64,000 nucleotides of DNA. It comes from Candidatus Latescibacterota bacterium. GTDB lineage: Bacteria; Latescibacterota; UBA2968. Shown in pieces: positions 60,548-64,000 of the stretch; the stretch's first letter is position 1; every line of letters begins with the position of its first letter. Under the pieces are notes generated by a model, which ran no database searches, was not told the DNA's origin, and saw only the letters and a list, made by a program, of their open reading frames with translations. The position numbers and the translations under genes are program-made. Location: the NCBI GenBank assembly GCA_965204745.1, contig OZ242010.1, positions 2,560,001 to 2,624,000 on the forward strand. Direction: 5' to 3'.

Positions 60548-60943
60548 CTAGCTACCAAACCCGCCTTCGCGCGCTTGGCGTGCCATTTCCCTTGCGAGTT
60601 TGGGCGCGGGGTCTTCCCATCCTTCGGGCTTGAGTATCTTGCCATCTGCGCGGCGAATCGCTTTGCCATTCACCACCTTTTGCATGTTCGCGCTGTGGAC
60701 AATCTCAAAAAGCGGGTCGAGATTGACGCCGTTTCGCACGGCAAAATCGCAGATGTAGTAAATGGCGTCCACGAGTGCGTCTGCTTGTTCCACAACGGTT
60801 TGCGCGGCCGCCAATTCGTCGAGTTCATCATCGACCATCTGTCGGATAAACGCAATGCCCTGTTCTGTCATGTGTTGCGGACGCGCTGGCAGGTCGTCGT
60901 TGCAAGCCATTGTGAAGTGGCGCACCTGAGCGGTGTATCCCAT
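60548..60943 (-). CDS. MazG-like / PRA-PH family nucleotide pyrophosphohydrolase
   Basis: DELDEL, DALVDAIY, VHSANMQK, RADGKILKPEGW; GAGG RBS. Confidence 0.85.
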   Translation of the reverse strand: MGYTAQVRHFTMACNDDLPARPQHMTEQGIAFIRQMVDDELDELAAAQTVVEQADALVDAIYYICDFAVRNGVNLDPLFEIVHSANMQKVVNGKAIRRADGKILKPEGWEDPAPKLAREMARQAREGGFGS

Positions 60944-60952
60944 GCGGCCTCC

Positions 60953-62026
60953 TCATGCGATAGTCACATCGGGACAGAGATAAACGTCTTGAATGTCGTT
61001 GAGCAACTGGATCCCCTCGCGCATGGGGCGTTGAAATGCCTTGCGCCCCGAGATGAGGCCCGTGCCGCCCGCGCGTTTGTTGATCACCGCCGTGCGAACC
61101 GCTTCGGCGTAGTCACTCGCGCCCGAAGACGCGCCGCCGGAGTTGATCAGCCCGGCTTTGCCCATGTAGCAGTTGACGACTTGGTAGCGGCACAGGTCTA
61201 TGGGGTGATCGGACGTGAGGTCCGTATAGACTTTGTCGTGCGTGCGCCCAAAGTTCAAGGCTGTGTACCCACCGTTGTCGGTCGGCAATTTTTGTTTGAT
61301 GATGTCCGCGCCAATGGTGACGCCGAGGTGGTTGGCCTGACCGGTCAGGTCCGCGGCTTCGTGGTAATCCACCTCTTCGGTCGCAAATGCCGCGTTCCGC
61401 AAATAGCACCACAGCACGGTGAACATTCCCAAGTCGTGGGCGCGGGCAAAGGCTTCGCTGATTTCGACGATTTGTCGGTTGGATTCTGCCGATCCAAAAT
61501 AGATCGTGGCACCCACGCCGGCACATCCCATTTCCCACGCTTGTTCGACTTGCCCAAAGATGACTTGGTCGTATTGAGGGGGATAGGTGAGCAACTGGTT
61601 GTGGTTGAATTTGAGGATGAAGGGGATTTTGTGGGCGTATTTGCGCGCCACCATTCCCAGAACGCCCAAGGTGGTTGCCACGGCATTGCACCCTCCGTCA
61701 ATGGCGAGTTTGACGATGTTTGCCGGGTCAAAGTAGATGGGGTTGGGCGCGAAGGACGCACCGCCGGAATGCTCGATGCCCTGATCGATAGGGAGGATGG
61801 AAACGTAGCCCGTGCCCGCGAGCCGGCCCGCGCTGTACAGGCGTTGCAAGTTGTTGAGCACGGGAATGGCGCGGTCAGAATCCGCAAACACCCGGTCGAT
61901 GAAGTCCGAACCCGGCAACGCGAGCAAGTCCTTAGGGACCACTGCGTTGTGTGTGAGCAAATCGTCGGCGTCATCGCCGAGGTAGTCTGCGATTTTGCCA
62001 ATGCCATTTTGAACATCAACTGCCAT
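60953..62026 (-). CDS. fbaB: Class I fructose-bisphosphate aldolase
   Basis: [55 protein letters not shown]. Confidence 0.95.
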   Translation of the reverse strand: MAVDVQNGIGKIADYLGDDADDLLTHNAVVPKDLLALPGSDFIDRVFADSDRAIPVLNNLQRLYSAGRLAGTGYVSILPIDQGIEHSGGASFAPNPIYFDPANIVKLAIDGGCNAVATTLGVLGMVARKYAHKIPFILKFNHNQLLTYPPQYDQVIFGQVEQAWEMGCAGVGATIYFGSAESNRQIVEISEAFARAHDLGMFTVLWCYLRNAAFATEEVDYHEAADLTGQANHLGVTIGADIIKQKLPTDNGGYTALNFGRTHDKVYTDLTSDHPIDLCRYQVVNCYMGKAGLINSGGASSGASDYAEAVRTAVINKRAGGTGLISGRKAFQRPMREGIQLLNDIQDVYLCPDVTIA

Positions 62027-62123
62027 GAGAGAACTCCTTTTGACTAGAGGGTTGTCAGGTTGAGGCAACCGAGAGGCCGATGAAGCGTCTATTACCCATG
62101 AACGGCTACAACTGCGAGCGAAA

Positions 62124-62152
62124 AAGATACATGCGGACGGGTTGCTTGTCAA
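62124..62152 (-). promoter_or_regulatory. sigma70 promoter of fbaB operon
   Basis: TTGACA-N17-TATCTT on the minus strand. Confidence 0.6.
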
Positions 62153-62223
62153 TGCGTGAGTGGTCAGTGGTCAGTAGTCAGTGGTCAGCGGTCAGTGGTC
62201 AGTGGTCAGTGGTCAGTGGTCAG

Positions 62224-62849
62224 TAGGTTGTGTTGATATTTACGAGCCATGCAACGGCTTGAGCGGTTTATCGAGAAAATCAAGCCCTATCGCAGAATAT
62301 GCTCTCGGTTTGAGAAACTGGAATAGTCGCTCCTTATCGGGACCTACCCCCCTAGCCCCCGTTACTCGCTACGCTTCGTTGTAGGCTACGCCTGTGCCTG
62401 CGAGGAAGGGGGGAACTGTGAGCGGTTTTGCGAGGGGATTGATGAGGGATATTTAATCGCTTTATGCCCTCGCAAAACGCCATCAGAGCAACCAGATCGA
62501 GAAGCCATCAAAGGCACTTTACTCCCCTTTCCTCGTAGGAAAGGGGCCGGGGGATAGGTCCCCCTCGCAAAACGCCATCAGAGCACCCAGAGCGAGAAGC
62601 CATTAAAGGCACTTTACTCCCCTTTCCTCGTAGGAAAGGGGCCGGGGGATAGGTCCCCCTCGCAAAACGCCATCAGAGCACCCAGAGCGAGAAGCCATTA
62701 AAGGCACTTTACTCCCCTTTCCTCGTAGGAAAGGGGCCGGGGGATAGGTCCCAAAAGCCATCAAAGGACCAAACGCCTTAAATGAGCAAGAAGCAACACC
62801 TTTGCTAATCTGTGCGTAACGTAAAAAAATAAAATGTCAACACAACCTA
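62224..62849 (+). mobile_element. IS5-family-derived non-autonomous element carrying nested repeats
   Basis: TA-GGTTGTGTTGATATTT ... AAATGTCAACACAACC-TA inverted ends; relic ERFIEKIKPYRRICSRFEKL at ~62261-62320 resembles the IS5 transposase C-terminus. Confidence 0.75.
62467..62751 (+). repeat. 3 x 95-bp tandem repeat with hairpin CCCCTTTCCT-CGT-AGGAAAGGGG
   Basis: Units start at 62467, 62562, 62657 and are near identical. Confidence 0.92.
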
Positions 62850-62876
62850 ACAGTTGATTTTCCATTGGAGGTTCTT

Positions 62877-64000
62877 ATGCGTGCGATATGGACATGTGCG
62901 GGGTTCCTGCTGGTGTGTGCGTTGAGCGGGAACCTGTGGGCAGGCGATTTTGACAATCCGCTGTTGGTGCAGGCGGTCGAGGCGCAGACGGTTCGGGACT
63001 ATGCGAAAGCGCAGGCCCTGTTTGAAGACTACATCGCCACCTTGCCGGAAAAGGAGCAATCCCTGTACCGCGATCTCGCGCAAGTGGCATTGCCCGATGA
63101 TTTGGAGATTTACCGCGATGCGAGCAAAGAGAAACGCGCTGAACTGGCGGATCGGTTTTGGCAGCGCGTGGATCCATCGCCTTTGACAAAGGCCAACGAA
63201 CGCCTCATCGAGCATTATCGGCGCGTGGCGTATGCGCGCCACCAATACGGTCAGGTGGCGTTTCCGTGGGATGATCGCGGGGAGGTGTACGTGCGCTTTG
63301 GCGCGCCCGATCACGCGAGCAAGTCGGGCGATATTCAAAATGAGATGGATAGGGAGATACAGGATGCGCGACAAAATTACGTGAACCGCAGGCGCATCGC
63401 CCTGCGAATCAGGCCCGGGCAGCCCATTTTTCCGGTGCCATCGCTGTCGTGGTGGGAGTATTGGGTGTACGCGGATTTGGCCGGGGGCACGGAGTTTGAC
63501 TTCGTGCGCCGAGGCAAAGGGAGCGTGTATGAATTCGCGCCGATGCCCGATGGCTTGGGCATTGCGTTGACGACGGATTTGATCGAGTATCAGAGCGAGA
63601 TGGTTTTGCGACAGGTCGCCGTGCATCAGCCCTCTGTGTACGAGGTGGATTTTGCCGATCTGCCCATTGACTTTTTTTACTATCCCGCGGGATTTCGCGG
63701 CGAAGATGGGATGACGCGATTGGAGATCTATTACGGGTTGCCCGCGTCCGAGATGGCGCGGTTGCCCGTGGATGACGAGACCGATCAGGTGCTGTTAGAT
63801 CGCGGCCTGGCCCTGTTTGACAGCTTGTGGACAGAGGTCTATCGCGTGCAGGATCAGTTGACATTCCAAGCCCCGTCAGATCGGCAAGTCTTGGATGGGG
63901 CATTTATTCCGGGGGTGCTCGCGGTTGAGGTCCGCGCGGGGCTTCACCATCTTTCCTTTCAGATCCGCGATGTGGTGTCGGGCAAATCGCAGGTGTATCA
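62877..64000 (+). CDS. GWxTD-domain protein (3' partial; absent from ORF track)
   Basis: GGAGG RBS; MRAIWTCAGFLLVCAL signal; FWQRVDPSPLTKANERLIEHYRRVAYAR..PWDDRGEVYVRFGAP; open to the window end. Confidence 0.88.
   Translation, partial: MRAIWTCAGFLLVCALSGNLWAGDFDNPLLVQAVEAQTVRDYAKAQALFEDYIATLPEKEQSLYRDLAQVALPDDLEIYRDASKEKRAELADRFWQRVDPSPLTKANERLIEHYRRVAYARHQYGQVAFPWDDRGEVYVRFGAPDHASKSGDIQNEMDREIQDARQNYVNRRRIALRIRPGQPIFPVPSLSWWEYWVYADLAGGTEFDFVRRGKGSVYEFAPMPDGLGIALTTDLIEYQSEMVLRQVAVHQPSVYEVDFADLPIDFFYYPAGFRGEDGMTRLEIYYGLPASEMARLPVDDETDQVLLDRGLALFDSLWTEVYRVQDQLTFQAPSDRQVLDGAFIPGVLAVEVRAGLHHLSFQIRDVVSGKSQVY

Noticed and set aside
62467-62751. Possible CRISPR array (palindromic repeats at regular spacing)
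   Set aside because: The intervening sequences are near identical, so this is a 95-bp tandem repeat; no cas genes in the window.

Overview
Bacterial window of mostly ~60% GC. The gene content (GWxTD proteins, DUF1552/DUF1592 pair, TonB receptor + T9SS-like cargo + PorV-like barrel, giant Fn3/GLUG/Calx-beta surface proteins with dockerin-like tails) resembles FCB-group candidate phyla such as Latescibacterota, possibly a host-associated lineage; this taxonomy is inference only. Left to right: a GWxTD/TPR gene bracketed by two inverted copies of a ~440-bp MITE; DUF1552-DUF1592 operon; an outer-membrane uptake/secretion locus ending in a DUF6785 membrane protein and a SelA-like PLP enzyme; a 4645-aa modular adhesin preceded by a C25 tract; mlaEFD; tRNA-Pro(GGG) followed by a small island (orphan putative nuclease, complete IS110, Fic remnant, ABC-ATPase + PD-(D/E)xK pair); metabolic genes (Gfo/Idh/MocA frameshifted, ilvB, sat, rsmB, pmbA/tldE); a second, frameshifted adhesin sharing a ~700-bp inverted 3' block with the first; a MazG-like gene, fbaB, an IS5-derived MITE and a partial GWxTD gene. 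Intergenic DNA is packed with several repeat families. Highlights: (i) the IS110 bridge RNA can be read directly, with target and donor guides matching its own junctions; (ii) three 7-bp CT-TGTAT-CT motifs elsewhere look like IS110 excision footprints, which is unexpected for a supposedly scarless family; (iii) a cassette-built, possibly phase-variable adhesin pair. All calls are from manual reading; no searches or folding were run.
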